From positions 1 to 48,976 of IMG/VR virus record IMGVR_UViG_2541047786_000002: a stretch of 48,976 nt of DNA, one strand, 5' to 3'. A model generated the notes under the pieces. That model was given only the letters and a program-made list of their open reading frames with translations. It was not told where the DNA came from and ran no database searches. Origin of the DNA: a virus (taxonomy: Duplodnaviria; Heunggongvirae; Uroviricota; Caudoviricetes). Position 1 is the stretch's first letter, and every line of letters begins with the position of its first letter. Made by a program: the position numbers and the translations under genes. This document shows, piece by piece, positions 17,282 through 25,373 of this stretch.

Positions 17282-17608
17282 ATGGTTTTTTCAGCATTAA
17301 ATATTTATCATTCATATGGTGTGGGTAGAGTGAATATTGATGAGGCGTCGGGGTGTTTCATCCTTAGGCAGCGTATTGATATAGTCAATGCAGCACGAGC
17401 AAAGGCCTTCAGCCGTTTGACAGTTTTGTTCTGTACTCCTGATCGTCTTTCGGGAAGAGACGTTATTATTCTGAATAGTGATGCTATTCAGAGGGTTTGC
17501 GATGAGTTCATGGTTGCTAATTCAGAATTATTTGCTCTTGTTCAGGAGTACAACAGAATAGCCAGGACCTGTGGTATGGATGAACTTCGGATTACTCATC
17601 TGGGGTAG
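17282..17608 (+). CDS. Hypothetical protein (109 aa from ATG 17282; track ORF starts at TTG 17255) in the toxin-cargo slot
   Basis: AT-rich ORF without a clear SD; no family recognised; coding status uncertain. Confidence 0.3.
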   Translation: MVFSALNIYHSYGVGRVNIDEASGCFILRQRIDIVNAARAKAFSRLTVLFCTPDRLSGRDVIILNSDAIQRVCDEFMVANSELFALVQEYNRIARTCGMDELRITHLG

Positions 17609-18010
17609 ATACATATCTGGATTATCACTTGTTACGGTAAAAAGTGATTGCTTACTGTTTTTGTGAGTGGCATTGCAGCAGCCGGATAATGTCAGTGCTG
17701 GCTGACGGTGTGCTGGTGGCGGGTGTGGTGGTTGTTGCTTTCCCGTTGCTGAAAAAGAAAACGCCAGACTGTTAGCCGGGTATCAGTTAGCGGGAGAAAT
17801 TTTTAAATACTTCACAATTCAGGCGGTTGACTGTTGTCTGGTTTGCGGGGAGTTTGTTAAAAGAAACTGGCATGGTGAATCCCCCTGTGCGGAGGGGCAA
17901 TCAGCGAGTAGGTATATGGGATAATCGCGGATTCAGGTGCTGGTACTGAATTCACCGGGAGGCACCCGGCACCATGCAATGGCACATAGCGCCACTCTCC
18001 AGCCCCTCTC

Positions 18011-18046
18011 CGGAGGGGCTGTTTATATTGATTTTGTCAGATGTGA
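18011..18046 (+). terminator. Rho-independent terminator-like hairpin
   Basis: Perfect 8-bp stem AGCCCCTC / GAGGGGCT with TCCG loop followed by a T-rich tract GTTTATATTGATTTT. Confidence 0.5.
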
Positions 18047-18055
18047 GTAAACTCC

Positions 18056-18391
18056 TTATGGACTTTGTTGTTTTAGTCCATAAGGACATATTTGCAGAGT
18101 GCAACGGTTATTAAAGCATTCATTCAATACGTTATCTGTATTTGTAGGACATTCCTGGCTGTTTTTGATTAAATTCCAGAATGTTTTATTGAATGGTGCT
18201 ACGTTGTAAATGGTTACAGGTAGCACTTTGTTATTGAGCATGATACCTGTGTGAGTCAGTGTAAATATACTTTCAGGAGGTAAGAAAGCATCCGATTGAT
18301 ACCAGATTATTAATTTTATTTTACTCCATATGACTGAAAAAGATATTCCGCATGATGGCTGGATAACTGTATCAATCACAATCCACTTCAT
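18056..18391 (-). CDS. Hypothetical Cys-rich protein (111 aa) in the toxin-cargo slot
   Basis: Minus-strand ORF with good SD (AAGGAA about 6 nt upstream of ATG); AT-rich codon usage; no family recognised. Confidence 0.45.
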   Translation of the reverse strand: MKWIVIDTVIQPSCGISFSVIWSKIKLIIWYQSDAFLPPESIFTLTHTGIMLNNKVLPVTIYNVAPFNKTFWNLIKNSQECPTNTDNVLNECFNNRCTLQICPYGLKQQSP

Positions 18392-18636
18392 TTAGTTTCC
18401 TTGTTTATGTCTTGCTGGTGATGTTCTGAAAAGTATAAATGATATTTTTGAATGTAAACCATAGAGCAGAATTATTTTTCTGATGTTGTTTATTGTTTAT
18501 TTAAATGCAGGGTGGTTTATATCTCGTCTTGTAGTTTATCCATGCATATCTGCTTGATGATGAGGTTTTTATTTAAGGTATGGTTTTGTGTTTTTTCTGT
18601 ATTACATGTCAGGTATTTTAAAGAATTATTTTTCAG

Positions 18637-20613
18637 ATGGTGGAAAGAACCATGGCATTTAAACACTATGATGTTGTCAGGGCGGCATCGCCGTCAGACC
18701 TTGCGAAACGACTGACACAAAAACTGAAGGAGGGGTGGCAGCCATTTGGCAGTCCGGTGGCCATCACGCCTTATACCCTGATGCAGGCCATTGCGGCGGA
18801 AGGTGATGTCACCACACCTGTGGTGGTGAAGCCGTCGGATGGAGAAGGCGCAGTTATCAGCACCACCAGCAACCCGGAGTATTACTTTGTTGTTGCCCTG
18901 GCCGGGCAGTCAAACGGTATGGCGTATGGTGAAGGGCTTCCGCTGCCGGAGACATATGACCGTCCGGACCCGCGTATTAAACAGCTGGCGCGTCGCAGCA
19001 CTGTCACGCCGGGTGGTGCGTCCTGTAACTACAATGACATTATTCCTGCGGACCACTGCCTGCATGATGTTCAGGATTTGAGTAAGTTTTCACACCCGAA
19101 AGCCAGCGCAGCTCAGTATGGATGCGTGGGGCAGGGATTACATATCGCGAAGAAATTGTTGCCGTTTATTCCGGCGAATGCCGGTATTCTTCTGGTTCCG
19201 TGCTGCCGTGGTGGTTCTGCATTTTTGGCGGGCGATGAAGGTACCTTCAGCGAATCCACCGGCGCAAGCGAGACCTCGGCACGCTGGGGTGTTGATAAGC
19301 CACTGTACAAGGACCTGCTTACCCGTACTCAGGCCGCACTGAAGGCCAACCCTAAAAATATTCTGCTTGCAGTGGTCTGGATGCAGGGCGAGTTTGATTT
19401 GAAACAGGGTGCATACGCCACTCAGCCGGGGCTGTTTGATTCCATGGTGGAAAAATATCGTTCTGACCTGTCGGAATTCGGAGGTCAGTGTCTCGGGGGC
19501 TCTCCGTCATCGGTTCCCTGGATTTGTGGCGACACGACCTACTACTGGAAGCAGACTTATTCTTCGCAATACGATGCGGTGTATGGTGCATACAAGACGA
19601 AATCCGCAAAAAAAATCTTCTTTGTGCCGTTTATGACGGATGAAAACGGGCGAAATGTGGGTACCAACGAGCCGTCAGAAGATCCGGATGTTGCGGATAT
19701 TGGGTATTACGGAGCCGGTGGTCGAACGGACGCCAAAACCTGGACGACGGCCGACCGTAAAACGCATTTTGGATCATGGGCACGTCGTGGGATTATTTCC
19801 GACCGTCTGGCAACGGCGATTCTTGTGCATGCCGGGAGAAACGCTGAATTCATTACCGGAAAACAGCCTGATACGGTGAAGCCCACCGGACCTTCCGGTG
19901 AAGGTACGGAGAGAGAGCCGGAAGCCCCGGTCAGTAACCGAACCCTGATGAGTCTGCTGGCGTCCGGCGAAGACCTGGCATCACAGGGCTGGCGCTATTA
20001 TCACAAACCGGCGAGCGGAGACAATGTTAACAAAAACATTGCTGAAGCGGTGGTCAGTGATGCGGGGGCTACGGGAGGTAAGGCCCTGCAACTGAATAAA
20101 CCGGAAAACCACATCTGGTTTCTGGAGCATGATGCAGCCGGACAGGGAGTGGAGTTACTGAAGAAGGGGGGACGTGTGAGCGTACGGTTTAAGTTGCCGG
20201 GTTCACTGGTGCCGAATCAGTTTGCCCTGGGCATTTACTGGCAGTTGTCGTCCCTGCCGGAGGGAGTGACGCTGGCAGAGGAAGGCAACGACATGCTGAT
20301 GTCCTTCTTTCTGCAGACGGATGCGACGAACCTGAACGCGATGCACCACAAGAAGCCGAATGCGAAGCTGGAAACGTTCGGGGTCTTTGATAACGGATGG
20401 CACACACTGGCTTTTGAGTTTGCCGGAAACAACAGCATTCAGGTGACGCCGGTACTGGATGAGAAACGGGGGACGCCGTTCACACTGGTGAAATCTCCGG
20501 CATCAGGGGCGGCGGACAAACTGCAACTGACAGGCATATCAAAGGCGGCGACATATACGCTGCTGATTGACAGTGTGAAGGTGGAAGTGAACAACGCGGA
20601 CATCGCGGCATGA
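18637..20613 (+). CDS. nanS-p: NanS-p-type sialate O-acetylesterase (DUF1737 N-terminus plus SGNH/SASA esterase domain)
   Basis: 658 aa; N-terminal MAFKHYDVVRAASPSDLAKRL (DUF1737-like); GQSN motif (ALAGQSNGMAYG) of SGNH hydrolases; located after Q-tRNAs as in Stx phages; alternative start ATG 18652. Confidence 0.8.
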   Translation: MVERTMAFKHYDVVRAASPSDLAKRLTQKLKEGWQPFGSPVAITPYTLMQAIAAEGDVTTPVVVKPSDGEGAVISTTSNPEYYFVVALAGQSNGMAYGEGLPLPETYDRPDPRIKQLARRSTVTPGGASCNYNDIIPADHCLHDVQDLSKFSHPKASAAQYGCVGQGLHIAKKLLPFIPANAGILLVPCCRGGSAFLAGDEGTFSESTGASETSARWGVDKPLYKDLLTRTQAALKANPKNILLAVVWMQGEFDLKQGAYATQPGLFDSMVEKYRSDLSEFGGQCLGGSPSSVPWICGDTTYYWKQTYSSQYDAVYGAYKTKSAKKIFFVPFMTDENGRNVGTNEPSEDPDVADIGYYGAGGRTDAKTWTTADRKTHFGSWARRGIISDRLATAILVHAGRNAEFITGKQPDTVKPTGPSGEGTEREPEAPVSNRTLMSLLASGEDLASQGWRYYHKPASGDNVNKNIAEAVVSDAGATGGKALQLNKPENHIWFLEHDAAGQGVELLKKGGRVSVRFKLPGSLVPNQFALGIYWQLSSLPEGVTLAEEGNDMLMSFFLQTDATNLNAMHHKKPNAKLETFGVFDNGWHTLAFEFAGNNSIQVTPVLDEKRGTPFTLVKSPASGAADKLQLTGISKAATYTLLIDSVKVEVNNADIAA

Positions 20614-20749
20614 TAAAAAAAGCCGCCAGCGGCAGGAATGGAAGCTGGCGGAGGTAATCCCAATGGAGAATGTAAAGAAAAGATGCTTTCGACATCAATC
20701 ATTTCTAAATGAAAACAGTTCTCATTGTCAACCATAACGGTAAGAAATT

Positions 20750-20932
20750 ATGACATTTATTCATCAGGTAATGCTGTACTTCTGTATGGCAGTCTGTGTT
20801 ATGTATCTTCTTTCGGGTGGGTACAGGGCAGTGCGCGATTTCTGGCGCAGGCAGATTGATAAAAGGGCCGCTGAGAGAATCAGCGCCAGTCAGTCAGCCG
20901 GAAGCAAACCCGAAGATCCGCTCATTCCGTAG
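20750..20932 (+). CDS. Hypothetical small membrane protein (60 aa)
   Basis: One TM-like segment (VMLYFCMAVCVMYLLSGG); weak SD. Confidence 0.3.
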   Translation: MTFIHQVMLYFCMAVCVMYLLSGGYRAVRDFWRRQIDKRAAERISASQSAGSKPEDPLIP

Positions 20933-20969
20933 TCACTTTCTTGACAACACCTTTCAACGAGAAAATCCC

Positions 20970-21215
20970 ATGTCAGAAATCACATCCCTGGTCACTGCTG
21001 AGGCAGTGAAGGAAGTCCTGCGCTCTGAAGAAGTCCTGAGCGCACTGAAACAGAAACTCCGCCAGAACCTTGAGTCGCGTCTTGATGCAGAAGTGGATGC
21101 CATTCTGGATGAGCTGCTGGGCGTACCAGCGGTTCCGGAGCCGGAAGGTATCGCGGGTGACGGGAGTGCTTCAGATGGCGGTGAACCCACACCTGACAGC
21201 GACATGATGATGTAA
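20970..21215 (+). CDS. Hypothetical acidic protein (81 aa)
   Basis: Internal ATG of track ORF 20796..21215; product [23 protein letters not shown]... Confidence 0.35.
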   Translation: MSEITSLVTAEAVKEVLRSEEVLSALKQKLRQNLESRLDAEVDAILDELLGVPAVPEPEGIAGDGSASDGGEPTPDSDMMM

Positions 21216-21291
21216 GCCTGCGCAAGGGACCATCGGTGTGTGCCGGTGGTCTTTATATTGTTGTGAGCTTCCGGATAACGGGAGACGGGGT

Positions 21292-21507
21292 ATGTACCAG
21301 ATGGAAAAAATCACAACAGGTGTGTCATACACCACGTCAGCGGTGGGAACGGGCTACTGGTTCCTGCAGTTGCTGGACAGGGTTTCCCCGTCTCAGTGGG
21401 CGGCAATAGGCGTGCTGGGGAGTCTGCTGTTTGGGCTGCTGACGTACCTGACTAACCTGTATTTCAAAATCAAAGAGGACCGGCGTAAGGCGGCGCGGGG
21501 AGAGTAA
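21292..21507 (+). CDS. S: Class II (pin)holin, phage 21 S-like, with dual-start motif
   Basis: 71 aa [71 protein letters not shown]; Met1/Met4 dual start; strong SD GGGAGACGGGG. Confidence 0.85.
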   Translation: MYQMEKITTGVSYTTSAVGTGYWFLQLLDRVSPSQWAAIGVLGSLLFGLLTYLTNLYFKIKEDRRKAARGE

Positions 21508-21511
21508 AGTG

Positions 21512-22318
21512 ATGAATAAAAAATATGAACTGGTTGTTAAGGGGATAAATAATTACGGGGATAAGGTTACTGTTACTGTGAAGCCGGAAGGTGACGGGCA
21601 AGCGTCGCTGTTGTTGCCAGATGTGGCGATTAGTCTTGACCGTACTGAAGGTGCCACGCTGGAGTTTTACGAAGCTGAGGCGAAAAAGCAGGCGAAGCAG
21701 TTTTTCATGGATGTTGCTGCCGGGTTATGTGAATGGAACGAACCGTTGCCGGAAAAGCGCCCCGTAATTTTAGAGGCGCAGGATGTGTTGATAACCTACA
21801 AAGGAAAGCTACCGGGAAGAATTACTTGTTCTCTGAAGATGCCGCCGTCAACACTGCGGTCAGAAAAAGAGGCGTCTTGTCTGCAGTCTGAGTACTCCAT
21901 TACGGTTAAAAGTGCCGGAGAGGAAGGAAATAAACGTTATTTTATTGCGTCTGCACCTGATAAAGATCAGGAATGGGAGTGTAACCGGCCATCCTTTGTT
22001 GTATACGGAGATGGCGGGAAAATAACCATCTCAGAAAATGGGAAATTAACACCGCCATCGCACCAGCATAGTGAGGCGCTCATTGAATTTGCCATTGATT
22101 ACCTGAAGAACAATAAAAAGCAGGGGCTGATGAAGCGCATTGGTCGTTGCATGGGATATCTGCAGGTAGCAGCTGAGATTGAAATGATGGCCAGTGGTGC
22201 TGACAATGATGCAGTTGTGCTGGAGGCTCTTCTGCGTGATTTTGATAATACGCCCTTTAAGAAAGCACCTGTTGACTGGATGCAGCCGGGGATGACTTAT
22301 CTGAAAGGGCGTATATAA
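21512..22318 (+). CDS. Hypothetical protein (268 aa) inserted between holin and endolysin
   Basis: ATG 21512 with SD GGGGAGAG, 5 nt after the holin stop; no signal peptide, TM segment or recognisable family. Confidence 0.55.
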   Translation: MNKKYELVVKGINNYGDKVTVTVKPEGDGQASLLLPDVAISLDRTEGATLEFYEAEAKKQAKQFFMDVAAGLCEWNEPLPEKRPVILEAQDVLITYKGKLPGRITCSLKMPPSTLRSEKEASCLQSEYSITVKSAGEEGNKRYFIASAPDKDQEWECNRPSFVVYGDGGKITISENGKLTPPSHQHSEALIEFAIDYLKNNKKQGLMKRIGRCMGYLQVAAEIEMMASGADNDAVVLEALLRDFDNTPFKKAPVDWMQPGMTYLKGRI

Positions 22319-22327
22319 GGTGGCTCG

Positions 22328-22642
22328 TTATCTGTTGCTGGATAATCGACTGAAGATGCGTTCTTTTTGTGTTTTTGCGTAATGATTGTCCCACTCACAA
22401 TCAAGGTAGCTTAATTCTTCATTCAACCAGTTATTTATATTGGTCTTAATACGCATAAGCATGGGTTGTGTTAATGCTCTGGCGATAATGCCGAGAGTCA
22501 CAGGTGTGAGATGTCCATACGGCTCAGCCTGAATGGATTTTACTGCATCGTGTTCTTGTGGGAGGAGTAAGAGGCACTCTGATTTTACCCGCTCATTTAT
22601 GGCTTGCAGGCATAAATCATAATTATGTTGATCGTTATGCAT
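22328..22642 (-). CDS. Hypothetical protein (104 aa), convergent with the 268-aa gene
   Basis: Minus-strand ORF with SD AGAGGA about 6 nt upstream of ATG; no family recognised. Confidence 0.45.
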   Translation of the reverse strand: MHNDQHNYDLCLQAINERVKSECLLLLPQEHDAVKSIQAEPYGHLTPVTLGIIARALTQPMLMRIKTNINNWLNEELSYLDCEWDNHYAKTQKERIFSRLSSNR

Positions 22643-22770
22643 GGTTAATCCTCTACTGAAATTGTCAGATATATTTCAGCCATCAGGAAAAACGCCAGTG
22701 TCCTACCGCTGGCGGGCTGAAGATTTAACATATCCAGGGATTCGGAACCGATAAATCCTGATAAATATCC

Positions 22771-23304
22771 ATGAACACCAAAATCAAATATGGCCTGTCG
22801 GCTGCCGTTCTGGCGTTGATTGCCATCGGTGCGCCTGCGCCTGATATTCTCGACCAGTTTCTGGATGAAAAAGAAGGTAACCACACAACGGCATACCGTG
22901 ATGGTGCGGGTATCTGGACCATCTGCCGCGGTGCCACAATGGTGGATGGTAAACCTGTTATTCCGGGCATGAAACTGTCGAAGGAAAAATGCGACCAGGT
23001 TAATGCCATTGAACGGGATAAGGCGCTGGCATGGGTGGAGCGCAATATTAAAGTTCCACTGACCGAACCACAGAAAGCGGGTATAGCGTCATTCTGTCCC
23101 TATAACATTGGCCCCGGTAAGTGTTTCCCGTCGACGTTTTATAAGCGGCTGAATGCTGGTGACCGCAGGGGAGCGTGTGAGGCGATTCGCTGGTGGATTA
23201 AGGACGGTGGCAGGGACTGCCGTATTCGCTCAAATAACTGTTACGGTCAGGTATCCCGTCGTGACCAGGAGAGCGCGCTGGCGTGCTGGGGAATCGACAG
23301 ATAA
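22771..23304 (+). CDS. R: SAR endolysin (lysozyme, phage 21 R / Stx-phage R type)
   Basis: 177 aa; N-terminal signal-anchor-release segment (GLSAAVLALIAIGAPAP) followed by catalytic EGNHTTAYRDGAGIWTICRGAT motif. Confidence 0.85.
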   Translation: MNTKIKYGLSAAVLALIAIGAPAPDILDQFLDEKEGNHTTAYRDGAGIWTICRGATMVDGKPVIPGMKLSKEKCDQVNAIERDKALAWVERNIKVPLTEPQKAGIASFCPYNIGPGKCFPSTFYKRLNAGDRRGACEAIRWWIKDGGRDCRIRSNNCYGQVSRRDQESALACWGIDR

Positions 23305-23398
23305 GCAGAATATTTTGCTAATAAATGACGTTGGCCAAGGCGGACGGATAACACGAAATCCTGCGAACTGGCAAAATGTAAGTGAATAAAAGTAAAAA

Positions 23399-23433
23399 CC
23401 CCGTTTGTTGGCAGCAAGCGGGGTTTTGTTTTT
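23399..23433 (+). terminator. Rho-independent terminator between endolysin and spanin genes
   Basis: 9-bp stem CCCCGTTTG / CAAGCGGGG (one G-U), 7-nt loop, followed by TTTTGTTTTT. Confidence 0.65.
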
Positions 23434-23596
23434 ATGGCAGTAAGCTATGGGAGGCTGCCTTGATTGATTTTAGCAAACTGATTAGGGAGTTGCGACTCAT
23501 GATTAGTCAATTACCAAACTGGAAATTTTTGCTGGTCTGGAGCATCCCTTTTTTATGGGTAGTATCCCAGTTAATTGTGGCAATTAAGGGGTAGCT

Positions 23597-23728
23597 ATGT
23601 CAGACAAACTCATAACGCCGGCAAAGGTCCTGTGTGTGATTGTCGGTATTTCATTTTCACTAATGCTGGTTGCTCTTTTTCTGTCCCTCGCCTGGGTGAT
23701 GTTGTCTTCGTCGGGGCTGCTGGGGTGA
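23597..23728 (+). CDS. Hypothetical 43-aa hydrophobic peptide
   Basis: ATG with SD AAGGGG; product MSDKLITPAKVLCVIVGISFSLMLVALFLSLAWVMLSSSGLLG. Confidence 0.3.
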   Translation: MSDKLITPAKVLCVIVGISFSLMLVALFLSLAWVMLSSSGLLG

Positions 23729-23858
23729 CAGTGACTGATGACATCAGCAGAGCGCTGGCTTTTGCTATTAAGTGGGTGGCTGTTGGTATTGCTGTGTCTC
23801 CGATGCTGTATGGGCTGGCAAAACTGGTCATTGCGCTGAAATCGTGAACTTTAAAAAG

Positions 23859-23945
23859 ATGAGTGCTGAACTTATTCGGGCAATGGCATTTGCCATTCGT
23901 ATTGTGGCCATTGCTGTTCTGGTCTGGGCAATCCGTTGGTGGTGA
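23859..23945 (+). CDS. Hypothetical 28-aa hydrophobic peptide
   Basis: [31 protein letters not shown] ending 1 nt before the Rz start. Confidence 0.25.
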   Translation: MSAELIRAMAFAIRIVAIAVLVWAIRWW

Positions 23946-23946
23946 T

Positions 23947-24414
23947 ATGAACCGTGTTCTGTGTGTGGTGATTATTGTCCTGCTGGTAGCCTGTGGTGTG
24001 CTTAGTCTGGGGCTGAATCATTACCGCGATAACGCCATCACCTACAAAGCGCAGCGCGATAAAAAAGTCAGTGAGCTGAAACTGGCGAACGCGACAATTA
24101 CTGATATGCAGATACGCCAGCGTGATGTCGCTGAACTTGATGCCAGATACTCGAGGGAATTAGCCGATGCGAGAGCTGAAAATGAAACTCTGCGTGCTGA
24201 TGTTGCCGCTGGTCGTAAGCGCCTGCGGATCAACGCCACCTGCTCCGGTACCGTGCGTGAAGCCACCGGCACCTCCGGCGTGGATAATGCAACCGGCCCC
24301 CGACTGGCAGACACCGCTGAACGGGATTATTTCATCCTCAGAGAACGGTTGATGACAATGCAGAAGCAGCTGGAAGGGGCACAGGACTATATCCGCACTC
24401 AGTGCCTGAACTAA
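23947..24414 (+). CDS. Rz: Inner-membrane spanin Rz (i-spanin)
   Basis: 155 aa; N-terminal TM segment then coiled-coil; contains embedded Rz1 in the +1 frame. Confidence 0.8.
   Translation: MNRVLCVVIIVLLVACGVLSLGLNHYRDNAITYKAQRDKKVSELKLANATITDMQIRQRDVAELDARYSRELADARAENETLRADVAAGRKRLRINATCSGTVREATGTSGVDNATGPRLADTAERDYFILRERLMTMQKQLEGAQDYIRTQCLN
24167..24352 (+). CDS. Rz1: Outer-membrane lipoprotein spanin Rz1 (o-spanin), embedded in Rz
   Basis: 61 aa; lipobox LVVSAC; proline-rich mature part; wholly inside Rz in a different frame. Confidence 0.75.
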   Translation: MRELKMKLCVLMLPLVVSACGSTPPAPVPCVKPPAPPAWIMQPAPDWQTPLNGIISSSENG

Positions 24415-24639
24415 GTTTTGCTGATGCACCGTATCGTCGCTGTATTCCCTCATTAACAGAGACCGCAGCCCGACAGGGAGACTCCTCTGCGCGAGTGTGC
24501 GGGGATAATCAAAAACGATACACACCGGGGTTTACCGCGTTAACGGAGCGCGGCGTTGTCCCCTCATAGTCGCCAGTCCGGTGCGATGGTGGAAGAAACC
24601 GGACTACATTGAAAATGATAACCATTATCATTTTTGCGG

Positions 24640-24740
24640 GTCCTTTCCGGCGATCCGGGCCGTTACGGGGCGGCGACCTCGCGGATTTTCACTATTTATG
24701 AAAATTTTCCGGGATCCATGTCCGGTTTCTCTGCAAGTTA
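24640..24740. other. cos: cos site (cosN GGGCGGCGACCT at 24668..24679, with flanking cosQ/cosB-like sequence)
   Basis: GGGGCGGCGACCTCGCGGATTTTCACTATTTATGAAAATTTTCCGG closely matches the recalled lambda left end GGGCGGCGACCTCGCGGGTTTTCGCTATTTATGAAAATTTTCCGG; upstream of the small terminase gene. Confidence 0.8.
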
Positions 24741-24863
24741 ACCATATGAAAAATATAAAAACATGCTTTCCATGAACCGGATATGCGCAAAAAATAGACA
24801 CTAAAACCGGACATGACCGGTTTTGTTGTGATTGTGAGGTGAGAGTTTTTTGCGAGGTGAGGA

Positions 24864-25373
24864 GTGGCTACGCAGACTGAAGTTGCCAGGCATTTAAGTC
24901 TGACCGATCGCCAGCTTCGCAGATTGCAGAAATTGCCGGGTGCCCCGATATCGAATAAGCGAGGGCAACTGGATCTGGATGCCTGGCGCGATTTTTACAT
25001 ATCGTATCTGAGAAGAAGTAAAAACGATGTGCCTGATGGCGATAGCGAAGACGACTATGAGGAGAAATTGCTTATTGCCAGATGGGAACTGACAGCAGAA
25101 CAGGCTGTTACACAGCAGTTAAAAAATGAGGTGTCAAAAGGAAAACTTATTGACACCGGGTTCTGTATTTTTGCCCTCAGCAAGCTGGCAATGGCGTTAT
25201 CCAGTACGCTTGATTCCATCCCTTTATCCATGCAGCGACAGTTTCCTGATTTAACACCGCGCCATCTTGACCATCTGAAAACCCTTATTGCGAAGGGGGC
25301 AAATCAGTGTGCGCGGGCGGGGGATAAATTACCGGATTTACTCGATGAATATATCAGAGCAACAACTGAATAA
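24864..25373 (+). CDS. nu1: Terminase small subunit (Nu1-like)
   Basis: 169 aa from GTG 24864 (SD GAGGTGAGGA); N-terminal HTH; directly downstream of cos and overlapping the large terminase start. Confidence 0.75.
   Translation: MATQTEVARHLSLTDRQLRRLQKLPGAPISNKRGQLDLDAWRDFYISYLRRSKNDVPDGDSEDDYEEKLLIARWELTAEQAVTQQLKNEVSKGKLIDTGFCIFALSKLAMALSSTLDSIPLSMQRQFPDLTPRHLDHLKTLIAKGANQCARAGDKLPDLLDEYIRATTE

Noticed and set aside
17255-17608. Possible Shiga-toxin-like gene, because the locus (Q - tRNAs - X - nanS-p) is where stxAB sits in Stx phages
   Set aside because: The translated ORF shows no resemblance to Stx A or B subunits as I recall them, has no signal peptide and no B-subunit-sized partner; kept only as unknown cargo.
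23382-23594. 70-aa ORF after the endolysin
   Set aside because: It spans a strong rho-independent terminator hairpin (23399..23433); more likely non-coding.
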